Shown: piece by piece, positions 41,200 to 54,109 of the stretch
How positions within the stretch are numbered: the first letter of the stretch is position 1
How the letters are laid out: every line of letters starts with the position of its first letter
Assembly: GCA_022813865.1 (NCBI GenBank)
Contig: JALDZX010000023.1
Span: 1 to 64,000, forward strand
DNA length: 64,000 bases
Source: Xylographa opegraphella
Lineage: Eukaryota
Direction of reading: 5' to 3'
Made by a program: the position numbers and the translations under genes
Notes under the pieces: generated by a model
What the model saw: the letters and a program-made list of their open reading frames with translations, nothing else
Database searches by the model: none
What the model was told of the DNA's origin: nothing

Positions 41200-43752
41200 C
41201 TATGAATATCCTATTTGCGCCATGGCCCTCGCTATAACGTTGGCAAACCTGGCCGGCCTATCCTGATCCTGTTTCGCTGTCTCAATGCCCAACAATATTT
41301 TCTTAATGCCGACGCCGACTTTCTCACTTCCTGTCATCTGCCGAAGTTCTTCGACTGCCCGGTTTGGGTCTATAGAAGCGTCGGATTCTTTCAGTATATG
41401 AGAAAGCTCGTCGTAGCTACCAACGTTAGGAATCGCGATGTCCGAGTCGAAGGACGTGAAAAGATCGAGCTGTTGTAGCACTGAACGCTCGGAAGTGGTC
41501 GCAATGATGAGCAGTCGGCGGCCTTTCGGTGGCTGCTTCTTGAGGAGGACCATCAGATTCTGGAGCACAGAGTTGTCGAACCGGGGACCAATGGGAACCC
41601 ATCCGAGAATACGCTCGATGTTGTCGATGACAACAACACTTAGCGGACTCTTATAGGAGTCGTCGAATATCTTTCGCATGTACTCGATCTTCATTGATTC
41701 GTTAAACCCTACCATATTGTTAGGGCTACACAGCTTAATGAATGGGTATTCGCTGTCAAGGGCCATCTTTGCCGCGAGAGCAGTTTTGCCACTGGCTGGC
41801 GGACCATGCAAAAGCACGCTGAATAATGGTGTCGAGTCCTCGGCTTGGACTTGTTGGACAATAAGGCGGCCCTCGTCGAGTATATTTTCGATGAAGGGAG
41901 AGAAGTAGAGGATTCCACCAGTCAGACATCCTTGTAGCTCATCCTCCGAAACACCAAAGGCGGGTTTCACATCATCCAACGCAAGGGCAAAATCGGACCG
42001 GTTGACTGTCATGCTTTCTATGTCGTCAGACAACCCTGCCATTGTGCCAACCTTGATATGTCGAGTCATGGCAAACGAAGTCGCGGCCCGGACTACACCA
42101 CTGATCTCCGCTCCGCTGTAATTCTTCGTGAGATGAGCAAGTTCTGCAATGTTAACGTCCGGATCGAGATTCCCGTGCTTCCTCATTTGAGCAGTATGTA
42201 TGTTCAGTATTTGAACTCTACCATCTTCGTCCGGAAGGGAAATCTCCATCTTGAGTTCAAGACGTCCCGGTCGTAATAGTGCATCATCGATCATGTCCAG
42301 CCGGTTGGTCATACCGATGAGTAGTATATTGTTGAGCTGATCAACTCCATCCAATTTCGACAATAGCTGATTGACAATACTGTCGCCGACCCCTGTGCCA
42401 CCACCTGCTCCACTTCCTCTTTGCTTACATACGGCGTCCAGTTCATCGAAAATAATGATATGCAAACCACTCTCGTCTCCTTTCTCTTTGTATTCCTTTT
42501 CAGCATCCGCAAATAGTTTCCGGATGTTCTCTTCGGACTGTCCCACGTATTTGTTTAACACTTCCGGACCGTTGATAACTTTTGGTTCACGGGCATTCAG
42601 CATCTGCCCGATCTTCCTTGCTATTAGAGTCTTTCCTGTCCCAGGCGATCCATACAACAAAATTCCTTTAACGTGCTGCACACCCATATTTTGAATGAGT
42701 CCTGGTGGAAAGATTCTCGATGCGAAAGCCCTCCGAAATATTGTGCTAAACTCCTTGTCCAAACCACCAATACCCATATCTTCGAATTTGAACGAAGGCT
42801 GGAGAATTGCGTTCGAAGCGGGCCTCCTAGCAGAGGCTTTCAGGTTTATGCCTGATCTAGCGTCTTTAAAAAAGTTCATCTGCGAAGCTTTCGTAAGAAT
42901 GCCTCGAGCCGTAGGTATACTAAGAGTCTCTGAAGTTGAAGCCTTCTCTGCCGAGAGATCTCCGAGCTGCACGCTTTTTATGACGAACAGTAAAGGGAGG
43001 CTTTTGTAGTCCATAATCAATCGTTGGCCGGGCGCGAATAACTGGTTCTCATAGTTCTACCATCATAAGCATGACTTCGGAGGGAAGGCTGCTGACATGA
43101 GTCTACCTTTGTGAACATGGTCGCCAGCTCGTCCTGGTCGAAGGGGGCTTCAGTAGTCTTACGGCCTGCAAAGCCGACCTCCGCATCTACAGAACCAAGG
43201 TACCGATGGCCCCCTTCCTGGAATGGATCGTACAGTCTGACATTGACCACGTCTTGTAAACTGATTGAGGCCCACGTCCTCTGAGGGTCCGATAAGCTCA
43301 GTTGCCCTTGAGGGAATCCATCGAATTGCCTCGCTGTAAGTACGTATAGGTCATTAAGCATTATATAGAAGTCTCCGGTACCCCGAGTAGGTGGAAAGTC
43401 GAAGGGTGAGACAGCGACCCTGCTGGTATATTAGTAGCTTTCCGGCGGTCCAATAAATGCGTCTGCCGTACAAATTACCAAACGTGAATTGGTTTGCTGG
43501 ACTTTTTGCGGGCCTTAATTGCCACGTCTGTCCTCCTGTAGAAGACCTTGCGGCGCTGTTCATCCTCGGGTTCTGTGGTAAACCACGAGGGTCTGGTTTC
43601 TCGCCATACTGTCCTCTGTTGTGCTGGGAGGACGTTCGGTCATACGGTTGAGGAGCACCGTATCTATCGCTGCCATCTGAGGGCAATCTATCATAAGGTC
43701 CAGGTTGTGGAGGAGGATGTCGGTCAGGATTTCGAGAGCCCCGTGAAAACAT
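41200..43752 (-). CDS. SEC18: Vesicle-fusing ATPase Sec18/NSF (exons 43752-43472, 43419-43107, 43056-41200)
   Basis: MGIGGLDKEFSTIFRRAFASR, D1 Walker A GSPGTGKT, Walker B IIIFDELDA, SRH MTNRLDMIDDALLRPGR, D2 GPPASGKT, PIGPRF. Confidence 0.98.
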
Positions 43753-44240
43753 GGTGAAGTCTGACTAGGAGTCTGGGACCATCTGTCATTTGTAAATCTA
43801 TTGTATGCTGGTCAGGCAGTAGGACATTATGCAATATCATATGTGGCTTCTTTGTTTAACTCTCAAGTTTGGGTGAAGAGCGATGCCTAGACTACTCCAC
43901 AAGCAAGGCGCTGAATAAAGGTTGGGTCCTGCGGGTGACAAAAATTAAGGCAGTCTAGTTCACTTAATTCAGAGGCTTAGCCCCTATATTTGGGCCAGTG
44001 TGCCCTGAAGCACACCCAGCAATGACCTCTATTCTGGTCGTTCTCGGCGCCCTGCACCCGAAGCACCGGCGGTTCGGACCGTGTAACTGTAATAACTCTT
44101 TCCACGAATTGTCCAGACTACCCCGATACAATAATGAAGGACGTTTGATCCTGTAGATCCGGCCCGAACTGGTAGATGCGCGTCGGGGGTCTGTGAAACA
44201 GTGTCGGTCTTCGAGCTCTTTGTATGATACTCCTCCAGCC

Positions 44241-45343
44241 ATGCCTCTGTAAGTACCATACTTCCATGTTGACTGTGACGCATGCTGATTCTGCCCAGGC
44301 ACCTTCTCGGTAAGAAGTCATGGAACGTCTACAACACCGCCAATGTCGAGAAGGTCAAGGCCGACGAAGCTGCTGCCGCCGCTCGCGAAGCTGCTGAGGA
44401 GCAGCGTATGCAAGAAGTGGACGCCGAACGCCGCATACAGGTTCTACGCGGATTACAATTAGTACCGCTGGCCAGCGCTCCCGAGCGCACTCAGACACAC
44501 ATAGAGCGGACCGAGCGTACCGGGGTTTCAGGAAGAGATCGTAAAAGGCGGCGGATTGACGGCGAGAACGATACGGAGCGCGACATCCGTTATGCCAAAG
44601 AAAACCAGTCCCTCGCATCCTCAGATGAGAGCCGGCACCTCGAGCGCTACAAGCCGAGCGATGCGCCGCTTACTGACCGTGCGGGACACATCAACCTCTT
44701 CCCCGCCGAAGGCTCTCGACGCGGCGGTCCGAAGAACCCGGAAGCCGAAGCAGAGGCTGCAGCAAAGAAGAAGGAGTATGAAGACCAGTACACCATGCGA
44801 TTTTCGAACGCGGCGGGGTTCAAACAGGCGATCGGCGCGAAGCCGTGGTATCATAGCGGGCTTGAGGCGGAAAAGGAAGAGGGAGTAGAGTCGGTAGGGA
44901 AGGATGTATGGGGCAATGAGGATCCGAGGCGGAAGGAGCGGCAGAAGATGAGGATCGTGGCGGATGATCCGCTGGCCGCAATTCAGAAGGGAGTGAAGGA
45001 GCTCCGGCAGGTGGAAAGGCAGAAGAGAGTGTGGATAGAAGAGCAGAAGCGAGAGATCAAGGCAATGGAGAAAGCGGAGAGACGGATGAGGAGGAAATCA
45101 AGGGGCGAAGGTGGTGGCAGCGTCCTGGACGGCTTCAGCTTGGACGAATCCAAGATTGTCGAGAAGCCCCGCCATGGTGGAGCTGAGCGTTGGCATCGTA
45201 GCCAGAGTAAGGACAGATATAATGGCAGGAGTCGAGAGCGGAGGCACAATCACATGCCCAGGGATAAAGAGCAGAATGTAACGGGATGGGAGGTCGGTCC
45301 GGGAGGCAGATACAGCAGCCAGTTCACAGATGTCAAGAATTGA
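44241..45343 (+). CDS. Cir_N-domain (CIR1/LENG1/Cwc25-like) nuclear protein (exons 44241-44248, 44299-45343)
   Basis: ATGCCTCT|GTAAGT...CCAG|G gives MPLHLLGKKSWNVYNTANVEKVKADE (Cir_N pattern). Also GHINLF, KPWY, DDPL and RYSSQF motifs as in LENG1-type proteins. Confidence 0.85.
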
Positions 45344-47080
45344 GGAATATTATGGGAAGCAACTACAGAGTTCTGAAGCCTTTGGGGAGTGTTTTGAGTG
45401 TGGCCAGCTGACCGTAACTGATGCTCGTGAATCACCTGGAGTGTGCTCGGAACTGGACCTCTGCAAAAGGGTTACGACCCCATCTGGGCAAAAGCGGATG
45501 TTGTATCCTAGGCCCCTTAAGTGGGACTTGTTTATCCTTGATCGAGGGTTTGATGAATTTTATGTATATCTGCATTTTGGACTTATTGATAAACGATATA
45601 AGCTCATCCACACATGAAGCTTTCATTTCAGCAGGTCGCCGGACGTGAATGTGACAGCTGCGGCGTTAACCGCCCCGATCCTGATAGTCCACTCAGGGCA
45701 TACTGATTTCTGTGTTTAGTGGAAGCAAAACGGGCAGAATAAGATTGCCTTGAACTGGCTGGATGTCCTGTTGTGCCTTTGAAAGGCATTCGGTCGACTG
45801 TGCATGACATAACTGTATACCTAGAACATCAGTGTCGCCAGCATTGAAAGAGGGTGCGTGTGCAAGTCTCATAGTACCCAGACAGATGCCGTTGCACTTC
45901 CTGAGGGTTGAAGTGGCTTGGATGGTCGATGACTGGCCGGACAAGGATACCTATGAGCAAAAGATGAGGTTGCCGGTTTAGGGAGAGATACGAAATACTA
46001 AGTGCAAATTCGCGGCCGCTATCCCCAAATAAGTACAAACTCTAGCCGAAGGTACTAACTTTTCACTTCGCATCGGTCCCGGGCGAATACACGCAAGATT
46101 ATTATTGAAATCCGTATCATGGCCATCTATGAGATATGCCGTACAAGAGAAGTACTCCGTAGGTAGGCATGACTGGCAACTGCAAGCATTGACACGGCCG
46201 ACAGCAAATACTGCAAGACATATCCGATCTACATTCGGAATGTGGAAGACCGTCGTTCCGCATCAGTGGGCGGTGTGACCGAGGAGGGCGGATCCAAGGA
46301 CGCTGATTGGTGCCAGCATTTGCAACACGCATGGAAACTGCGTTAGATCCTCACTGGACTCCTTACAAGCTGAAATTGTGGGCAGACTTTTGCGCGAAGC
46401 GAATGGCACGCGGGCAGCCAACGTCGCACACGACCCAAGCGGGGAAACGAGATTAATATTGATCAGCGTTTGGTTGCTTACGCTGGTACTTTTACTACGG
46501 TACGGTGTGTCTATACCACAGTATACAGTACTGCGTATACCAGCTACCACCGCCGTGCCGACCTCGGCTGAGCTAGTGGCGCATCCGGTCGGGCCCGTCC
46601 CATGCCCAACATTCAGCCTTTCTCGGGACTGTGGGAAAGCTGGGAGACAACGATTCCACGCACCTTATGTACGTACCTATGCTTGTGGGGATGACGGCGC
46701 GGTGCTTTCTACGGAAGCACCTGAATATCGACAGGTGGTTGTTCTCGGACGGCGACCGCTGTGCGCTCGTTCTTCTCATCCGGCCTTTACATACACGGCT
46801 TCGCGAAGAAGATCCTGTTTGCGCCGGACCGGTCATGTGCTGGGTCCCGAGCGTCAGGATCGCGCTAGGTCCGAACAATGGCCAAGCGTCTTGGCGCCTC
46901 TTCTGCTCCACCAGAAGGCCCGCCCGCCCGCCCACACACTCCCCCCCCAAATTGGTTGTTCCTTGGATCGATTACCGGTCGCCATCGATCGTCGCTGCTA
47001 CCCTACCACAGTATTCCCGTACCCCGTTCAGCCAAAACCCTACCTCTCCTTCCGTACATCTGGCCATAAACTGCCTTTCG

Positions 47081-47218
47081 CGAACACTGGCTCACTCGAA
47101 CACTGGCTCACTCGAACACTGGCTCACTCGAACACTGGCTCACTCGAACACTGGCTCACTCGAACACTGGCTCACTCGAACACTGGCTCACTCGAACACT
47201 GGCTCACTCGACCACTGG
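47081..47218. repeat. Minisatellite, 16-bp unit CGAACACTGGCTCACT x8 perfect plus a partial copy
   Basis: Eight identical copies, 47081-47208, then cgaccactgg. Confidence 0.97.
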
Positions 47219-47534
47219 AGAAGCTTATCAACCCCGACCCCAAAATTTCTCGCCAGCCGTCCACTCCCTAGTTGCTTGCTTTCGCGACTGTTGAAGTTGG
47301 GGAGCCGTTGAGGGTAGGAATGGCGCTATGAAGACCGACGGCTACCTGCTGCACCATACGGGCTTCCTACGAACGACTTGACCGTGCGACTCGAGAAGAC
47401 GCACCCACAGCCTGTCAGAGCTGCTTGCCCATCCAACCGACCCGAGGACTGTCGCTGGTCAACGAAGGACGAAAGACCTCGCTGTCGCTGATACGCAGCA
47501 CACTCATTGCTTCGCGCACTGACAGCCGACTGTC

Positions 47535-50500
47535 ATGGCGACAGTCGCGTCGTCGTGGCAGGCATCCGGCAATTGGTCGAGCAATGGAGAGGATCTGATT
47601 CGTAGTGCCAGCTTGCGGACGAAGAACCAGACACACGGCGAGGGAGCTACGGTCGCGAATGAAGATCGACGCGGCACCGCCACGAAAAACACGGCCGCAG
47701 GCGAAAGAAATGAGAAAGGGTCGAGGTGGAAATCGTCGGGAAAAGTCGATGGCCAAGGCCGCCAGAACTCTTTGCGTCGAGTCAAAGATAGTACCGATAT
47801 GTTGCGTGAACGCTCGTTGCATCCGCAGCGGACGAAAAAAGATATTGCCGTCGAAGGGAGCTCTGGAGGACGGGAAGGCAGACAGTTCACCGTCGGCAAT
47901 GTGGGCAACAACGGCATGATATATCTCAGGTTCGTGCATAGTCGATGGTTGAAGGTGCTCAGACGAGCGTTTCCGGAGTTACATCGAGTATTATACATCT
48001 CTAACGCAATTTTACGCCTAGGCCGGTCAAACGATCCACCCAACAGAACCCTACTCAAACACCACCTTTTGTCTACCCAGCCCAGGACAACGTGGACACG
48101 CAAAACTCGGAAAGCCAATTTCGAGATAGTGTCTGGACCCATATGTCCACCCCAATCCGCCCGCTTGGATTTACTTCCCCCAGCGTAGCAGGGGAAAGAC
48201 TAGCATCACGGTCAAGACGGTCGATGTCCGAGTCCACGATAGAAGACCACCTCACTCGAGGTTCTTTGGAGTCCGGTGCAGTCAAAATCGTCATTGACCG
48301 CGCCGAAACGTTGCCCAGTGCAATGAAGGATGGCAAGACCTCTCTACCGACGATTGAAGTCCCGATCCCCCATTATCGACTCGGTGAGCCGAGGTTCAGT
48401 GCTCGGGGGACAGCTTTCCTACACAGTTCGGTGTACACAAGGTCTTCGGTCCACGACGATTTCAGCTCTTCACTCTTCCCAAGTGGAGATTATGATCGAC
48501 TTTTCCCACGACCGCCTGGCATGGAATCGCTCCAAACTTTATCACGCCGGCACTCTCACGAAACACCGCAATTTCAATCGACCCAGAAGCATCCGACGTC
48601 CGTAGCTACACCTACACGTGAAACACCATCACCTATTTTACATCAGCCCAGAGCTCCTATATTACCACATATATACGATGCATTAGCTGCACAGCCGAAT
48701 GACCCGGCGACCGTGAGATTCTCTGCCGCCACTGGAGAAATCGTCGCCGCTACACCAGCTCGGATAATAGCTCAAGTCACGTCAGAAAACTTTTTAGATT
48801 ATGAATTACTCTCGGACTTTTTTCTCACCGTCCGAGCCTATCTATCCACCCAAGACCTCCTCTCGTATCTTGTTGCGCGTTTTGAGTGGGCTATCAATCG
48901 TTTCGACGATAACGGGCGAGTGATCCGTGTCAGAGCTTTCGCTGCTCTACGCCATTGGATCCTGAATTACTTCTCGTATGACTTCGTCATGGATCGAGAC
49001 CTTCGTGTCAAATTCTGTGATCGACTCAACGCTTTGACTAGAGTCGTGCATGCTCGCGCTAACTATGGTGCGAGTGATATGAAGCTGATATCAGACCTCA
49101 AAAAATGCTGGAATGGGCGATGCATGCTTTACTGGGATAATCCTACGGTTGCCGCCGAGACATATCAGGAAGTCGACATTCAGCCTGGCGGTATCGTTGG
49201 GAGTCGTGACAGTCAGCTCAGCCATCCAAGCCAACTCCAACAACCTGAACCCTTCGGCGAGCCAATTCAGATGGCCGAGATGGGGGAGGTTGCGCCAGGC
49301 TCTACGCTCGCAAGCTGGTACAATACGACTCCGGATCCTAGTGTGCAACCAAGTCAGAGCCATAACCGGCACTCATCTGTTGCGACGACTCGAAGTTTAC
49401 CTATATCGCCTGGCAGTGAGCAAAGCATCCCAGTTTTGTCCTGCTCAATACCTGCCAAAGGATTCAAGAAGGTCACCCCTTACGCAAATCGAGCTCTTGG
49501 AATCCATCCTGTCCCCACTAATTCCGAAGGCCGGCGGATGTGTCCTGCAGCACCTTCAGCCCAAGCGAATGAGCAAGCGGCGCGTCCAGCAACGGCCCAA
49601 CATAGAAGGAGTGGAAGCTTCTCAGATGCAGCCAGGGACAAAAGGGAACCATTGTCTTCTGATCGACCTGGTGGTTCAGAGGACCATGCTCACATGGTCC
49701 ATCCTTATGCTGGCAGTCTCATACGAGGGAATGTAGTGTCGCCTGTTCAACCTTATGTCAGTATGGAACTTTCGAATATCGGTCCTTCTCCTCAAGGATT
49801 TTCCAACAGTCTCTATGGAAACCGAAAGATCGTCATACAGCACAGTCCTGGTATGAAACAGCTGCTTGGCAACATCCGTCGTGTGTTGAGCAGCAAGAAT
49901 AATACTGGCAGCGGCCCGTCCTCAAATGCGGTTGGAAGTGCGACATCAATCCCGTCACTTACAGTCGCGAAGGGTGCGGCAATCCCGATGAGTGTGATGT
50001 ATAATGCAGTAGCGGCAGGTCAGCTCGAAAGCTTTCGATCCAACTCACGAGTCGACTTACTGGCCGTTGATGTGATTGAAGCATTCAACCAGGCAATAAT
50101 TGACCAGTATGGTGCGGATCCTAGGCACCTTAGCAGCATTGGTCTAGCGTATGGGAACGATTTGGAACAGCCAGCTCAGAATGATCGTCACCCTTCAATG
50201 GGTATGTCTGGACCGGATGGGAATCTTGCCCCACCAGATCTGCGGAGGATGGACAGTGGGATCACTAATGGAAGCCAATCTATCTTGATAGCCGATGATA
50301 CCGGTCTGAACGTGCCAGATATCCCGCCTGTTCCTACAACCGTGAACGGCCCGGTTGGATTTGGTTCTGAGGCAATCGACTCTCTGACTGTTGCGCGCTT
50401 GCCGGATTCATCACTTTTTGTAGGTGTTCTACCTCAGGAACTTCCTTCCAATGTGAGCCGTGCAGAATGCCTATCGGAAAGCGTTGATGGCAGTCCCTCG

Positions 50501-52789
50501 TCAATGCAGCAGAATGTTCGAAATTCTCCAGAATTAGAGTCCTACACTTCTCAGGCGCCTCTGCCTACTCAGACATCCGAGGAAGTCCGATCTTCGTTAC
50601 GCTATCGTGGTCAATCATTCCGATCAAATGGATCCGGTTCGGTATCACTCCGAAGATATGCTTCATATCAAAGTACATTCGCCAAGCATTCTCGACGAAA
50701 GAGTATAGACGTGACGAACGACAAAACCTCAAACATGGATTCAATTAGAAGCGTGTTCAATCACCCCCCTGCACACGTTCTTCGGAGGCGACCAGGTGGA
50801 GACCTCAAAGCGAGCCAGAATGTTCATGATCTAGAGGACATTTCACGACCCAAGTCAGCAGGTTCAATCACGACGTATTCGGATTCCCTTAGAGGATCTG
50901 GACTCCTGAATCCAAGCGAGCCCTTGGCGAGGACCATGACAGCTCGGGGATCTTCACAGCTACCACCTGCTTCGACCGCAGATTCTGAGGTCACTGAGGC
51001 CAAGCGATCGACATCCTTTGTACGAACACATTCATCGCAACCTGCGCTAAGGCGGCCATCTTTTGAGGCTGCCGTCGCAGACCTTGCGCAATTGCCTGAC
51101 GATGAAGAAGGTGGTATCGAGGCGACACTGCTAAAGCTTGAAGGCAAATATCAGAAAACTCCTGTTCACTCCCCCACTCCGCCAAACTTTCCCGATAGCG
51201 TCAAATCGCCAAGTTCTCTGGTACCAGGAGTGGAGGAAGAGCAACCACCTTCAAAAGCGGACAGTGCTCATACTTCACCGGAAGCAACAGAGGCTGGTGG
51301 TGGTTTCCCAGTACCTGCCTCGTTGAAGCATTCCTCAGATTCAAATGAATCCAGCCATACTGCTACCGTCGTCGAGAATTCTATGTTACATGCTAGGGCT
51401 CCGCGGCCTACCATTTCTTCTATTTTGTACACGGAGTCGGAAGAATCATACAATTCCACCCCACTCCTTGAACGCGGAATCGATCAGAGTAGATCAGATT
51501 TTTTGAGTGCATTTCCTCAGTCATTATCCTACCGAGATCCGCATGCGTCTCGCGATAGCATAATGGATACCCAGAGTATGAGAAGATTAAAGCACGGATC
51601 TTCTGCACCTACGGTCACCACGGATTCTTTCCTCCTTGACGAAGACGATGACTTTTTGAGTGACTTGTCGTCAGAAATGTCTCTCGACTTCCTAGATCGG
51701 GACGAAGCCACAGAGCAACCGTCACTATCGCAAGCACCGAAGGAGAATACGGTAATTCTTGGAGATCATCCACCATCACCACCAATGACTATGGAAAATG
51801 CCATGGCTATCAGTTCTCAAGCAAACCAAGCACAAGAACAGCGAAGACCTCCCACGCCTGACCCATCACCTGTAAGCCGACTTCGTGATCTAAATTCTCC
51901 TCGGACGCCGAATGCAGCTCAGCAGATTACGACCATTCCCCGGCACGGATTTAAAAAGTCCAGACACCTGTGCTTTATTCTAGGATATGATGCTGAATTG
52001 CTAGCGCAACAATTCACTATCATCGAAAAGGATGCCCTCAACGAGATCGATTGGAGGGATCTAGTAGATATGCGTTGGCAACACACAGCAACTAACGTCA
52101 CAAACTGGGTGGAGTACTTACGAAGCCAAGATGCCCAAGGCATCGACCTGGTCGCTGCTCGATCAAATATCATGGCTAAGTGGGCTCTGTCGGAGATCAT
52201 TCTGACACAGCATATCGAAGAACGCGCCTTAACCATAATGAAGTACATACACATTGCTCGGGAGGCAAGGAAGCTCCGTAATTATGCGACAGTATTACAA
52301 CTTACCATGGCATTGACTGCTGTGGACTGTGCCAGACTTATGAAAACATGGGATCTGGTGGGAGCCGAAGAGAAACAGATACTCAAGGAGCTGGAAGATC
52401 TTGTAACGCCAAGGAAAAACTTTCACAACCTTCGGCAGGAAATGGAGAAAGCAAATGCTGAACAGGGATGCATCCCTGTAGTTGGTATGTCTTGGGTCTC
52501 CTGTGATTTGTTAAAATGATTGTTAATTTCTTCCCCAGCTCTCTACATTCACGATCTCACCTACAATTCTCAAAAGCCATCGCTCGTCGCAAGCGTGCGC
52601 GATGGCGAGCCCCTTGTGAATTTCGAGCGGTATCGTAGTACGGCCCTTATCGTCAAAAACTTATTGCGATTGATTGATGCCAGCTCAAAATATACCTACC
52701 AACCTGTCGATGGTGTCATAGAGAGATGTCTCTGGATGGCATCGTTGTCTGATGAGGCTATCAGAGTTAAGAGCAAAAGTCTGGAATAG
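47535..52789 (+). CDS. LTE1: LTE1-like Ras guanine nucleotide exchange factor (exons 47535-47929, 48022-52484, 52539-52789)
   Basis: REM domain (DYELLSDFFLTVRAYL...VRAFAALRHWILNYFSYDF), a long Ser-rich linker, and a CDC25 domain (LAQQFTIIEKDALNEIDWRDL, LRNYAT, GCIPVVALYIHDLTYN). Intron 47930-48021 joins the upstream ORF (REGRQFTVGNVGNNGMIYLR/P) in frame. Confidence 0.88.
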
Positions 52790-54109
52790 TTGCTCGCTCG
52801 CCGAACAAGCATTCTGATGCTTCTTCTACCCTATAACTCTTGTTTCACCGCTTGATTTTGTAAACGGTTCTTGTACGACTCGCTTGTATTGCCACGCTTT
52901 TTCTTTGTTTTGGGGTGCCAGCTGATTCCGGGATTTTTGGAGGCATACTAACGAATTCATGTTCTCTCTAACGAACCTGTCTCATGAGTGCTACGCTGTC
53001 ACGATTTTCTCCTGGACTAAGCAATAGAAACTTAATACCGTTTCCACGTCTTTCTGTTCAGCGTCCTGTATGATAATTTATAATAGTGGAGAGGAAATCC
53101 AGTTGTCTCGGACAAAATTAGGCTAAGATTGACTGTAATTTCTGTCGATAGCGTGTAACTCTCTTGTTATGGTGTTGTCTTCTATTACAACTAAGCTGGC
53201 TACAATTAAAACACTTTCTCGATCGTCGAACAGCGGAGTGGCAGCTTGATATACTAACTGTGCTGCGTGTCTCATGCTCCGCTCTAAACCTCTGTCGTCC
53301 TCGCACCTCTCACCATTCGCCCCCTCCAATCAATACTCAGATTGGCATACACATCCAGTCCGAATCTTGACCGAAGCCTTCCTTCCGCGAGTTTCCCCAC
53401 GCCGCCCAGTTTCTCAACCTCTGTCGACCCCAACAACTATCCACTGCTGACCCAATCCGCCTTCGTTTTCCTCTCCGCTCAGTCTCGATCCCCCCATCCT
53501 CTAATCCTTTTCCTCCATACATTCCCCACCTCCCTCTGCCACGGCTGCACGTACATCCAATGCCCCAAACTCGGCACCAATCCCCCACTCGTACATTCCT
53601 TCATACCTCCTACTTCTTTCTACCCTAGCTGTGGGCGGATGCCCGCCCGTAGCAAATATGTGCTCTTCATAGCGGTATGAGGTGCGGTTGCTTTTACTGA
53701 TCTGGAACATCTACCTCGTTGTGGGCACCTTGTGATGGGTGCTTTTTCGTGCGATGGGGAATTGGACGGCCTTACGCGATTGAGGAAGATTGTGTAGGGA
53801 TGCGTTTGCTTGGGCTGGAGAGGGGGGTGCAGGAGACTGGTCAGAGCAGAACAGCGTAGAATGGCCTCTGTTAGGGATGGGCCTGCCGAGTTCAAGAAAG
53901 GGAGATGAGGTATCCGGAGGTCGCGAAAGGAGGAGGAGATGGTTGTACTCAGTTGCCACATAGAAAGGCGCAAGAGCGATGGATGAGGACGTCGTTCGTT
54001 GAACTGGTCCATTGCGGTTTCAAGGCTTTCTGGAGGACGTGTGATAAAGCAAAGTTGACATACCTCAGACCCTTTAAGTTACTGCCTATATTAAATCCAT
54101 CCAAACTCT

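Noticed and set aside
47081..47218. Repeat array as CRISPR or telomere; repetitive ORFs 46378-47271 and 46631-47311
   Set aside because: No spacers, eukaryotic context and no cas genes. The unit is not TTAGGG-like and is interstitial. The ORFs stay open because the unit lacks stops.
53330..54050. Possible membrane-protein pseudogene (hydrophobic fragment LLLLIWNIYLVVGTL)
   Set aside because: Multiple stops in all frames and no identifiable family; insufficient support.
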